Shown in pieces: positions 1 to 13,400 of a stretch of 64,000 nucleotides of DNA. The notes beneath the pieces were generated by a model. That model was not told the origin of the DNA and made no database searches. It saw only the letters and a program-made list of their open reading frames with translations. The DNA comes from Malacoraja senta. Lineage: Eukaryota. The translations under genes were made by a program, and so were the position numbers. The stretch is taken from positions 4,404,001-4,468,000 of the forward strand of contig CM075994.1 of the NCBI GenBank assembly GCA_038087875.1. The letters are read 5' to 3'. Positions within the stretch are counted from its first letter, which is position 1; every line of letters begins with the position of its first letter.

Positions 1-114
1 ATTCCAAGTGTGCATTTCTCTTCCATTAAAAACATGCAATTAACTACTTCTCACGCCAAAGAATGGCCAATTGTGTTATGTTTAACTAATATTTACGAAA
101 TGTTTTATTCACAG

Positions 115-150
115 AGCGTCAGAAATTAGAAGGCATTCGTAAGAGCATCG
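115..150 (+). CDS. coiled-coil gene micro-exon 1 (36 nt, (E)[11 protein letters not shown])
   Basis: ttttattcacag|AGCGTC...AGCATCG|gtaact; first residue assumes the preceding exon ends in G. Confidence 0.75.
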
Positions 151-855
151 GTAACTACGTCGTCCTGATATTTATTTCCGATTGTTGTGTAAATATTATT
201 TATGTTAAATGATTTGTAGTTTGTTTAGATAGTTTCTATTCTGACGCCAGAGGGATTTTCAATGGGCCAATTTAGAAAATGAGTCTCACTGTTTCCCGCC
301 AAACTTCTTTGAAAGTCATGTTGAATATTGGGTGAACTATCCGAAATATAATCCATACATCCCATCACCTAATATAATGTATTTTCTCCGTCGAGCCTGA
401 CAATGCCTTGTCTTTGGATTATGCTTCCTCCGAGAATTCACATGAGATCCTTCTAAACTTGCAAATGTACAGATCAAATGTGTTATAAAAAAACTAATCT
501 CCAATCTTTACCTCCCGTAGTAGGAACCTACCTTGTCATCTCTGCTGCACTGCCTCAAAGGCAAATATGCCCTCTGGAAGGCGACTCCGGACTGTCAAAG
601 CTGCCACAGCCAGACATAAAAACAATTTTTATCCACGAGTAGTTGCTCTGCTCAACAGCCAAAAATCTGTAGCCTCCCTTTGATCTAGTATTTTGTTGGT
701 TCACATGCTTGATCAATGGTGTTTTATCATTAGTGTTTTATTATTATTAATGTTTAGTCTTTTCTGAGTCATTCGTAGCTGTCACTGTATGTCATGTTGT
801 TACTTGTGGGCGGAGCACCAAGGCTAATTCCTTGTATGTGAATACTTGGCCAATC

Positions 856-891
<36 letters not shown>

Positions 892-1012
892 CACTCACTC
901 ACTCACTCACTCACTCACTCACTCACTCACTCACTCACCCACTCACTCACTCACTCACTCACTCACTCACTCACTCACTCACTCACTCACTCACTCACTT
1001 ACTTACTTACTC

Positions 1013-1071
<59 letters not shown>

Positions 1072-1164
1072 CACTCACTCACTCACTCACTCACTCACTC
1101 ACTCACTCACTCACTCACTCACTCACTCACTCACTCACTCACTCACTTACTTACTTACTTACTC

Positions 1165-1248
<84 letters not shown>

Positions 1249-4200
1249 TCTTATTTACTTAAAAGCCAAAAATAAACCAAGGTATTCCAAATGCAGTGTC
1301 AACCATCTTTGACTCACAGAGAAAGCTGCGGCCAGCTAATACTGTGGACACTGAAATGGAGTGGGGAAGTTGTGTCTGGGCATCTTTCTTGTTGAACCTA
1401 ACTGCGGGGACATCTAATTCTAACCCTGTGCTGTGCGTGTTCGAGATAGGGAAGATTATACTCGATGACGTTGAATTATTGGCACGCTTTCTCTCGGTAC
1501 CCGATGACCAGTCGCAATTTAGTCTTTCCGCTTCAAACAAGTTACATTTAGATTAGTTTAGTTAAGACATACAGCGCGGAAATATGCCCTTCGGCCCACC
1601 GAGTCCGCGCCGACCTGTGATCTTCATATGATTTCTTCTCTGTAAAGCACTTTGGTTTCAACGTGATTTGATTTAAAAGTGCTATATAAATTAAAATTAC
1701 TTAGTTACTTACTTACTTGCTTCGTAAACCGTAGCACCCGGGGAAAACCCAAGTGGTCACAGCAATAATGTACAAACTCCGCACAGACAAGCACCCGCAT
1801 TCAGGATCAAACACGGGTTGCTGGTGCTGGAAGGCAGCAACTCTACCGCTGCACCGCCGTGCCACCCCCCCCCCCCCCCCCCCCACCCCTCCCCCCCCCC
1901 TAAATGAGCTAAATGATTTTTTTTTTAAAGTATGGGACATGATTAGGTTCGTTCTGCACAGTGCATAAACGGTCCATAGGCCATCAGAACATTTTTTTTA
2001 ATTCGAAAGTGTACCTATATATAATTTCACAATAGATCATTATGTGCACCTCTTTTACAGATAAAATAATGCAACGCCAAAGTACAGGTACAGAAATGAT
2101 GAAAGCGTGGAGCGAATTAACAGCGGACGTTATAGTCATTAGAACAGCATTGGGTGCTTAATGGGCCATCCATCTGGGGGTGGCGTGTACCTCGGTCTTG
2201 CCATTTACAAAATAACCCGCATTTGGACAAGTCTTCCTTCATAATATTCCTTCAACCATTGATGCCTACCTTAAAATACGGCAATGACAAGTGTAAATGA
2301 AGCCCCTCACTTGTATGTTCTCTCCAAAGCAAACTCCACCCTGCTTGAAAATGGAACTCCATTGACACTTCATTTCAGCAATTTGTGAATATCTTCAGCT
2401 TGGGATCCTCGATGGTTTAAGATGACTATATCTTCAAGATGATTCGCCACCTATCAACAGCAGTAATGGCCAACCACACCCATATCAGAAAGCCCTTGTG
2501 CAGGAGCAGTTAGAAGTCAACTGCAAAAGCGATGAACTGCAGTTTTACGTACCAAACAAATACATCAGAGTTTCTTCCCATATGACATCGATAACTCAAT
2601 GTGTATAGCATGGTCACAGGTATTGATAATAGTTTACCTTTCCGGTTTATGTACGTTCACTATGCTGTTGAAGCCCTTTAATGTTCAAGGTAATTAGAGC
2701 ATAATTGACATGGATACACATGGATTTACATCCGTTGCTTACACTTGATATGTATCTCCAACAGAAGAGGAACTGATCAGAAAAGATGAAGGTAATATAG
2801 TAAACTGCATTTTTGTCCAGGACTCGCATTAAAAAGCCATCAAGGGTGGCACGGGATAAATTGAAACACATTCATCCGTCTGCACTGCCACCTAGTGTTA
2901 CTTCTCATAATATATAATACTTCTTGAAGCAAACTAAAGTGAACATTTAGAGGCTAGTCAGGCTCCATATTTCGTACACATATCAAGCATCGGGTTTAGT
3001 TTAGTTTAGTTTAGAGATACAGCGCGGTAACAGGCCCTTAGATCCACCGAGTCCGCACCGACCAGCGATCCCCGCACATTAACACTACCCTGCACACACT
3101 GGTGACAATTTTACATTGGAACATTTTAACCAAGCCAATTAACCTACAAACCTGTACGTCTTTGCAGAGTGGGAGGAAAACGGAGATTCCGGAGAAAATC
3201 CACGGTCGTGGGGGGAACGTACATACTCCGTACAGACAAGCATCCGTAATCAGGATCGAGCCTGGGTCTCTGGCGCTGTAAGACAGTAGCTCTACAGTAG
3301 TTCTGCCGCTGTGCCATCGTGCCTCCCCGGATTGTTGAACAGCAGCGGAAAGTTTTGACTGAACATTGGGGGAAAGTATTAGAAACCTTGCTGCTTTGTG
3401 GAAGACTTAAAGCTACTTACCTCGAATAAAGTAATCCAATCTGAATAGTTAGATTCATTTTGCAAATTAAGAAAGTTCTTGCTTTAAAAAATAATTGTTT
3501 GAAATGCCTGTTGCGGGTTTGCAATGAGTCTTTGCAGTGTATGTTTCATTGACTTGTCTGCACAGCAGAACGAGGGAACCCGTTCTTGATTTGCGACAGG
3601 AGTGAAATCTAAAGGACCACGTAGACCCATATATAAGTGATTGTTATATATTTTACCTGCTTCTTCTGGAGGTGGAGTGAATATCAACGTTAATTAACAC
3701 AAATATTTCTTAAGATCTGCTCTTGTGCAGTGATGTTTTCAGATTTATGTTCTAACGGGATCTTTCTCAGTAACGTCCTAGAATTCCATCGCCAATGTTG
3801 CTTGCTTCAGTAACGTGCTCCATTTGAAGGTATCAACCTCTCTTTTGTTGTATCTGTTTCACAGTCAACCTCTGCCTCTGCTTTACCTGTACTCTCATCC
3901 TCCATCAGCGCTTCTTTGTTAGTATAACACAGAGGCATTATCAACCCCTTTAAATTGACATGTACGTTTACGACATTTTACCAGTTTTGACTGATTATGT
4001 ACACTAGAAAGTATGACATATGTTTAGAATGTTCACATTTAAGTTTAACTATGACATCTTTATTCTTCCTCTTAGAACTTGAAAAACTCAGGCTGGCTTT
4101 GAAAGAGAAAGGTCAGAGAATGACGGAAACCTGGTTAAGAGAGGGACAATACTGGCAATTCAATGCTCCAGTTAACACGTGCTGCAGGAGAGACAGAGAT

Positions 4201-7200
4201 GAGGGTAAAAGAGGACGGGGTGTTGCGTTATTGATGATGGTGGATGTCACAGCGGTGATCAAAGATGACATTACAGGACGGTTCGTCTCGTAAACCTATT
4301 TGGGTGGAGCTAAGGAACAAGAACGGAATTATCTAGTCAGGAGAAGGGTCTCGACCCGAAACGTCACCTATTCCTCCTCTCCAGAGAGACTGCCTACCCC
4401 GCTGATTTACTCCAGCATTTTATGTATGTCTAGAAAGGAAAGATCACCTTGATGTGAGTGCACTTTAGGCCCCAAATAGTCAAAGGGAATTAGAAAAGCA
4501 AATACGCCAGAACATTTCAGGCAGTTGTAAGTCTAATAAGATTATGATAGTCGAGGATTTAAACTTTCCCAATATTGACTTGGAATGTCATTGTGCAAAA
4601 GATTCAGACGGGGCGGCATTTGTCAAATGTGTTCAGGAAAGTTTCCTCTCGCAATATATAGAGGGTGCCACACGGGAGAGGGCAATTCTTGATCCAGTCT
4701 TGGGAAACTTGGAGGGGCAAGTGCATGAAGTGTTCGTGGATGATCCCTTTGGGACCAGCGACCACTGTTCCATCAGGTTTCAGATTGTTATGGATAAAGA
4801 CAGGGTGGGCCCACGAGTTAAAATTCTAAATTGCTGCAATGCTAACTTTGAAGGTAGACAAAACTGCTGGAGAAACATAGCGGGTGCAGCAGCATCTATG
4901 GAGCGAAGGAAATAGGCAACGTTTCGGGCCGAAACTCTTCAGGCAGGAACTCTCTCAAGTTGATTGGAGCAGATTGTTCAAAAAGATCGTACACCTGAAG
5001 CACCTCACTATTTGTATTTGATACCCCTTCCAAGCCTATCCCAAAACAGATACGTTGTTCAAAAGGCCATCGCTAGTTAACACCTCTATCCAGGTGACTG
5101 TAGAAAGTCCAACGCGATAGATTTAAGAGAAAGGATTGCCCTATTGCAATATTGTAACCTTTAGGTCCACATGCAGAAATCTTTAAATATTGATGGTGCT
5201 TAAATTTCGAGCGTTACCTCTGTTTATCAATAGAAGTATATGATATTTAAAAATGCATCACCATGTGTTCACGGATTCTTACAAGGAAACTGTTAACTTT
5301 CATTGAGTAATTCTGGGACCCACAATTTTGAAAAATTGCATATGAATTGTAAATAAACCGAGAGCGATGATTTGGAAGAGTGTTTTGATGCTAGGACTTT
5401 GATCAACTTTACTCAGTCTTAAACCAAGCAAAAATGATGTCACAATTGACATTGAAATTTCTGTGATCTTTCCCATCTGTTCAACATTTAGCATCATTTA
5501 TTGTAACTTGTAGTTACTAATTTAAAGTCAACTTTTTGAGATTATGCTTTCCACGCAAGCCAGATAGCTATAAGATGTTGCATTAAATTGCACACATTAT
5601 TGTTCCAGCTAACACATTGGAGAAAAAAGACGAAGGTAAATTATGACATCTTCCCTTTCGTGTTTTACTGGGATTCCAACACGTTTCCAGTTGAACGCAA
5701 TGTTAAACAAATCGCATGCTTAGCGTGAGTGCATAGACAAATTAGCAAGTACGCTGCAGACATAAATACCACGGCCGTAATAAAGCATAATGACAATTTT
5801 TTTGATCAACCATGGACGCTTCGTTTTTGAGCATTGGCTGGTAAGATCCACAAAGAAAGGCGGAGGAATTATTTCTGTAAAGACTGGAAAAAAATCAAAT
5901 AATACAAGGAACAACTTTAATCTCAGCAGGGCGAAGCGGAAAGGGGATATGCGGGACAACATTTTTACACGGAGGGTGGTGAGTGCCTAGAACGCGCTGC
6001 TGGAAGTGGTGTCCATTTTCGGCTATGATGTAAAGACTACGTCTGAATATGGAATACAGTAGAGCCTCCCAATAACGGGTCTATGGGGAGGGGTGGGTGT
6101 CCGTTATTGTCCGCTATAACCGGTTATGGGAGAGTATTGTGTAAGAAGGAACTGCAGGAGCTGATTTAAACCGAACACAGAAACAAAAACCTGGAGTAAC
6201 TCAGTGGGGCAGGCAGCATCTCTTGAGAGAAGGAATGGGTGACATCGAAGAAGGGTCTCGACCCGAAACGTCACCCATTCCTTCTCTCCAGAGATGCTGC
6301 CTGTCCCGCTGGGTTACTCCAGTTTTTTGTGTCTGTCTATTGGAGACAGGCCGGATGGGAGGGGGGGGGGCGGAGGGTCGACGTTAAATCAGCGGGAATC
6401 CACAGACGGGCAGCCGCACAACTCTCGGCCCCACACGCGGTGCAGAAGGGACGACTCCCGGACTCACGCCGCTTTCATGATGCTGGCTGTCTCCGCTCCC
6501 GGAACTGGAAGGAAGCTGCCCCCCGCAAGGCATCAGCTCATTTGGGTATCCTGTCGGAAGAGGGGGGCGGTGCAGCCGTACCATTTTAGTGACGGAAATA
6601 ACACCAACTTACCCTTTCATCCACAGAAATCCAAAACATTAAAAAGTCAGTGCATGATTTAGGTAAGCGAACTATTCAATTAAACAACGTATATTTGAAT
6701 GCATTCCACTTAGCCAACCCCTTTCATAGCCAGTGTGTAGGAAGGAACTGCAGTTGTTGGCAAAGGTACTACAGCAAGAGTTCGAGACCCCTCTTCAGGC
6801 TGATGGGTGAGGTTTCGGGTCGAGACCCTTGCTGAATTACCCCAGCATTTTGTGCCAAGCTCATCTGCCTGTACATGATCCATATCTCCCTTTTCCTGGC
6901 ACTTCCATGTGCCAATCTAAAACCTTATTAAACGCCACTGCCGTATCTGTCTCGTGTACAGGCAGATGGGATCAGTTTAACTTGCCATCGTCTACGGCAT
7001 GGACATTGTGGGCCGAAGCGTCGGTTGCTGCGTTGTGCTGCGCTGTTCTATGTCCATTGTCCGATTTCAGTTACATTGAACTAAATGGAATGAAACTCAA
7101 ACGGATTTTCCAGGTGAGGAAAGGTTCTGCTCTCGAGATTACAGCCCAGAAGGGGAAAACGAAATCCATCCATGCAGTAGAATCCACCAGCAAACGTGCC

Positions 7201-7357
7201 ATGTTATTTCTGTTTTAACCAGAGAACACACTCCGCGATAAAGAATTGGGTAAAAAAAAAGCTTAATCTTTTCATCGGCGATTTGTTATTTCTTATTATA
7301 CTTTTACAAAATACTGTGCCATATCTTTGTCATCGCCAATATGCTTTGTCTGGGTGA

Positions 7358-7412
<55 letters not shown>

Positions 7413-7424
7413 GTAATAATAATA

Positions 7425-7461
<37 letters not shown>

Positions 7462-7463
7462 GA

Positions 7464-7496
<33 letters not shown>

Positions 7497-10400
7497 GTAA
7501 TAATAATTATTATTATAATAGTAATAGGGTTTATTTTCTTTTAGCCACGGCGGAATCCTGTGGCACCTACGGTATGTAAAAAACTAATGAAACATCATTT
7601 TCAATGTTATTTGCGTCTGCGGTCAATCCGCATTAGTTTAGTTTAGAGATGCATTTAGAGATACAGCGCGGAGCGGAAACAGGCCCTTCGATCCAACCGA
7701 GTCCGCTCCGATCAGCGATCTCCGCACATTAACACAAGCCTACACTCGCTAGGGACAATTTACACATACACCAAGCCAATTCACCTGCAAAACTGCCCGC
7801 CTTTGGAGTGTGGGAGGAAACAGAAGATCTCGCACAAAACCCACGCGGTCAATGGGAGAACGTGCACGGAAGAATGAAGAGAACGTTCCTGCAAAGTCTG
7901 CATCGACAAAGTCGGGATCGAACCCGTGTCTCCGGCACTGTATAAAGGCAGCAACTGTACCTCTGCGCCACGGTGCCGCAGCAGCGAGTGTATTGCTAAG
8001 AAACATTTGAAGTTGACTTTTAATACGAACTGAGGAACCAAACGAGAGTTTTGCGCAAGTAGCTTATTTTAAGAATTATCAGCCACCCGAAAGGTCGTCT
8101 GCCCATTCCCTCCATAAATGCTGCCTGACCGCCCGAGTTCTTCCGCACTTTGTGTTTTGCTCAAGATCCCTGTATATAGAGTTACTGTGTCCTCGCTTTT
8201 ATATATTCGCTCAATTCAAAAGCTGCGGCCAATTGCTTTTTGCTACAGTCAACTAGGCACGATACAGAAAATAACAATGTACAAATTATGGGTGGAATGA
8301 GGAATTAATTTCAATTTGCAATCCATCTTAAAATAACTTTTCACAGTACATTTTGAAGTTTGAAATGTTAAGTTATCATGAATTGTTTTTCTTGCAGTAA
8401 GGAAATTGAAAGCTAAGACGTCAGGTAGTAGATTTCATTGTTTTGCCGGTAACTTTCTCATCATAATCATAATCATAATAGTACTTTATTAGCAAAGTAT
8501 GTTTTGCAACATACGAGAGATTTGATTTGCCATACAGTCCTACCATTAAAGAGCAACAAGACACCCAAATACATTTTTAACATGAACATCCACCACAGCG
8601 ACACCCCCACATTCTTCATTATGATGGAAGGCAAAAAAAGTTCAATCTTCTTCCCTTCTTTGTTCTCCCGCGGTCGGGGCACTCGAGACTTCCGTGTTAG
8701 GGGCGATCTTGCCTCCCGCAACCGGCGGTCGAGCACTCCGCATCGGGGCGATCAAGCTCCCGCATCGGAGGGGGGGGGGTCTCAGCTCTCGCGCGCCGGG
8801 CGATCAGACCCCGGGTGGGGGCTGGTCGAATCTTATGCGAATTTGGAGCTTCCTGCCATCAGCCTCTACCCGAGACTGCGAGCTCCTCGATGTTGAAATC
8901 CCCAGGCCGCGGTTGGAGCTTCGATCCCAGGCAAGGGATCCCAGGCTCCGATGGTAAGTCCACGTCCCCGTGGTGGGAATAAAAGTCAGTTCCGAGCAAG
9001 GCCGCCCACTCCATGATGTTAGGTCGCAGAGCGCCGGAGATACGATCTGGAAAACAATCGCATCTCCGGCAAGGTAAGAGACTGAAAAAAGTTCCCCCAG
9101 ACCCCTTCCGTCACCCCCCCCCCCCCCTCCATATAACACAAACCAGAGAACATTAACACATTCTTTTAAAACACACCAAGAATAACAAAAACAATACGAA
9201 AAGACAGACAGACTGTTGGCGAGGCTGCCATCGCTGACTGCGCCACCGTCATTGGATTTTGTGGTTTTGTTGAAATGGAAAATATTTACATTTTTTTTAG
9301 AAATATTTAGAAAATATTTTAAAATGCCAATATTCAGTCTGAAGAAGGGTCTCGACCCGAAACGTCGCCTATTCCTTCTCTCCATAGATGCTGCCACACC
9401 CGCTGAGTTCCTCCAGCATTTTTGTCTACCTTAAATATTTAATTCATGTCGTTTTAAATGTAACATTGTAAAATGGGGATGAACGTGGGCGAGTTGTAAC
9501 TTACTCTGAGACTGGGTGTCACCCATTGTCTGCCTGCAGGGAAAATGAATATATGGTATATGTTACTACGGGATAAGACCATGACCATAAGACATCAGAG
9601 CAGAATTAGGCCATTCTGCCCAACAAGTCCACTTGATCATAAGATCATGGCTGATCTATTCCCTTCTCAACCCCATTCTCCTGCCTTAACTCCATAACTT
9701 TTGACGCCCTTCGTAATCATCAACCTATGAATATACGCTTTTAAAATGCCCAATGTCTTGGCCGCCACAGCCGTCTGAGGCAATGAATTCCACAGATTCA
9801 CCTCTCTCTGCCTAAAGACGTTCGGCCTCATCTTTTTAAAAGTATGTCTTTCATTCAGACGCTATGCCCTCTGGTCCTTGACTCTCCCACGAGTGGAAAC
9901 ATCCTCTCCAAGGCCTTCAACAAAGCCAAATCGCATGGATACATTTTCATGTTCACTGCAATTCCCATTCAAATATTGCTTTTCTAATGTTGATCCAATA
10001 AAATAGCCACTGGACAACAGTGCAAACGCAGTTGTTGGTGGGTTTATGCATGAGCTGCCAAAGGAGGTTGTTCAAGCAGGTAGTATTACATCCTTAAAGA
10101 AACACTTCCATAGGTACATTGATAGGAAAGGCATCGAATGATCGGGGGCAATCGCGGACTAGCTTAGGGGCAACTTGGTTGACATGGACTAGTTGGGCCG
10201 AAGGATGTGTATCAATGCCTTAAGACTCTATGGCTCTTTCAATTATGAAGCACTAACTAGCGCACGTGGTCCCGTCTCATCGGTAAGAGACTGAATTATA
10301 CAGTTTCACATGTTTCTACCTGATACCAGAAGGTTGTTAAGTAAAATGGTCAATGCGTGACCGGAATGAATCAAATCCTTCTCTCCAGAGATGCTACCTG

Positions 10401-13400
10401 TCTCGCTGAGTTACTCCAGCATGTTGTGTCTATTTTCGGAAGAAATCAATTTGTCCGCCTTCATGATTTACTTTCAGAACTCGAAACCCTGACTGAAAAG
10501 CTGGATGAATCCGGTAGGAACCACGTTTAAACACGGTTACTTAAGAATGGTTCGCCTACAGAACGCCAAGGCCTACTTATTTCACTTGTGGACCGAGATG
10601 GCCGTCAGGGAATGTTTACCGACTGGCCCGCTCCAGATTGCAGGAGTACGTGCTGAGGGACGCACTGAAGCTCGGTGCAGCCAACGCCAAGGCTCTGTAG
10701 GGAGGACCACAGTCTAAGGTCCTTCCACTGCTGGACATTGGGGGCAGAGTGCAGATGGGACACCCATCAAACAAGGAAAGGCATATAGCCCCAGGGGCCA
10801 AATGAGTTGCAAGGGTGCCGGGTAAAATGATATTTGTGAACACTACGATGCGACGCAATGAATGAATGTACTGTATAGCCTCCGAGAATTTTTGTTCAAT
10901 TCTTGTTTTGTATGTGTTTTTTTTATTTTAGTTTCGTGGTATAGCGTAGACACAATAATAAATAATACTGAAGCCAATTCACCTACAAACCTGTACGTCT
11001 TTGGAGTGTGGGGGGAAACCGAAGATCTCGGAGAAAACCCGCGCAGGTCACGGGAAGAACGTACAAACTCCGTATGGACAGCACCCGTAGTCAGGATCCT
11101 ACCTGGGTCTCTGGCGCTGTAAGTCAGCAACTCTTCCGCTGCGCCACCGAGCCGCCCCAATTCTGAATTCATATTGAATAAAGTGTATTTTTTATAAAGA
11201 CCTGTGGAATCTCTATTTCAAATATAATACCAGAAATGACATTTCAAAATGCGCCAAATGGTTGTACAAAGTATCCTATTGCAATGGATATTTGACATGG
11301 GTGGAAACGTAAAAGATAGTATGTTATGTCATGACCGTGTCATGTCCGCCACCCCGCGCTCACATTTATTAGGTTTACTACAATTAAATATTCCATTACT
11401 CTGGTGTATTATTCTCTCTGTTAAAGCGTCTAATGTTCTACATTTTTCGTCCAACAGCACGAAATCTAAAGCAGAAAGGCAAAGGTAAACTCACTTCTAA
11501 AGCATAGTTTCATCAACATTTCCTAATTTGTATACCTTTGCATGTAATTCTTTCTGCGGGAAAAGCTGGTTATGATCCCATTTTTGTAAATTGATTGATA
11601 TCTTGTGATATTTAGACTTTGATTCGCATTTGGAAGACGACGGTGAGTAACTGTGGAGAATGTGTGAGTTTGTTGAAGCATTCTGCATAAATTCTCTAAC
11701 TGGATACATGGAATGGAATGTTACCTTTCCTGACCAATGTTGATGCAGCAATTCCATCCCTCCCCGTTAAACGGGACAGAACAAATCGCTGGATGAAACC
11801 GCTGGACACAGGGGCGTATAAATTGCATAGGTAGATAGAAAAATAGAAACGTAGAAAATAGGTGCAGAAGTAGGCCATTCGACCATTCAATATGATCATG
11901 GCTGATCATCGAACTCGGTATCCTGTACCTGCCTTCTCTCCATACCCCCTGATCCCTTTAGCCTCAAGGGCCACATCTAACTCCCGCTTAAATATAGCCA
12001 ATGAACTGGCCTCAACTACCTTCTGTGGCAGAGAATTCCAGAGATTCACCACTCTCTGTGTGAAACATGTTTTTCTCATCTCGTTCCTAAAAGACTTCCC
12101 CCTTATCCTTAAACTGTGACCCCTTGTTCTGGACTTCCCCAACATCGGGAACAATCTTCCTGCATCTAGCCTGTCCAACCCCTTAAGAATTTTGTACGTT
12201 TCTATAAGATCCCCACTGAATCTTCTAAATTCTAGCGAGTACAAGCCGAGTCTATCCAGTCTTTCTTCATATGAAAGTCCCGACATCCCAGGAATCAGTC
12301 TGGTGAACCTTCTCTGTACTCCCTCTGTGGCAAGAATGTCTTTACTCAGATTAGATCGCTATTCCTCTTCATCAGACTCAGTAGAGTCCAGGTAGCCGAT
12401 GAACCGTATAATGAATATTCACCTTGGTAGGGTCCAGTTTGGGTCTGAAGAAAGGTTGCGATCCGAATCGTCACCTATTCCTTTTCTCCAGACATACCGC
12501 CTGACCCGCAGATTTATTTTGTGTCTACCTGCCAAGGTATTTACGGATATTCAACATTCTGAACATAAAGGCCGCGTGATTATTTATATCTTGACACCAT
12601 GCAAACGAGGAGAAATATTAGGAGATATTACTATAATTATGCTGATATTCTTCTCTTTTAAAATCATACAGATGAAAGGATGCAAGAAAGTAAAACTGGT
12701 AATCCATGTTACTTTTATCGCGCAACAAAATGCCCCCCAAAAAATGCCGACAACTGTTGTTTTACAACTCGTCATCGTAGTATGAAATCTAAATACAAAG
12801 TGCTGGAGAAACACTAGCGTTCAAGCAGCATCAGTGGCGCGTATTGTCAGACGACGCTTCGGGTCGGGAATCTTCTCCTAATTCTTCTGTGGACTGAGCA
12901 ATTGAAACGGCGTCTGTCTATTTCCCTCCACGGATGCTGCCCGGCCCGCTGAGTTCCTCCGGCACTTTGTGTTTTGCTCTGGATTCGATCATCTGCAGCT
13001 CATAAGTTCATAATTAGTTCATAAATGATAGAAGATGAATTAGGCCATTAGGCCCATCAAGTCTACTCCGCCATTCAATCATGGCTGATCCCTACAAATC
13101 CCATTATCTTGCTTTCTCGCCATAACCCCTGACACCCATACCAATCAAGAATCTATCTGTCTCTGCCTTAAATACATCCCTCGACTTGCCCGTCAATGGG
13201 AATGAATCCCACAAATTCATCACCCTCTGACTAAAGAAATCCCTCCGCATCTGCTTCCGAAAGGATCCTCCTTTAATTTTGAAGCTATGCCCTCTGGTCC
13301 TAGACTCTCTCACTGGTGGAAACGTCCTCTCCACATCCACTCCACAGGCCTTTCATTGCAGTTCCTTGCGTCTTGTATGAAATCAGAATAGCAGTAAATC

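Noticed and set aside
832..1275. ORFs with LLTY/SLTH repeats
   Set aside because: Translation of a tetranucleotide microsatellite.
3743..3769. Additional 27-nt AG..GT candidate (DLCSNGIFL)
   Set aside because: Weak donor (A|gtaacg), and it would break the exon 2-3 junction that mirrors exons 12-13; not fully excluded without RNA data.
3997..4293. ORF fusing micro-exon 3 to a CR1 endonuclease remnant
   Set aside because: Read-through of the donor into a decayed CR1; no evidence for a real fusion.
7071..7113. 43-nt AG..GTGAG exon candidate
   Set aside because: Not a multiple of three and does not fit the exon series.
9540..9555. 16-nt AG..GT candidate (similar one at 1266-1281)
   Set aside because: Frame-shifting, with no similarity to the exon classes.
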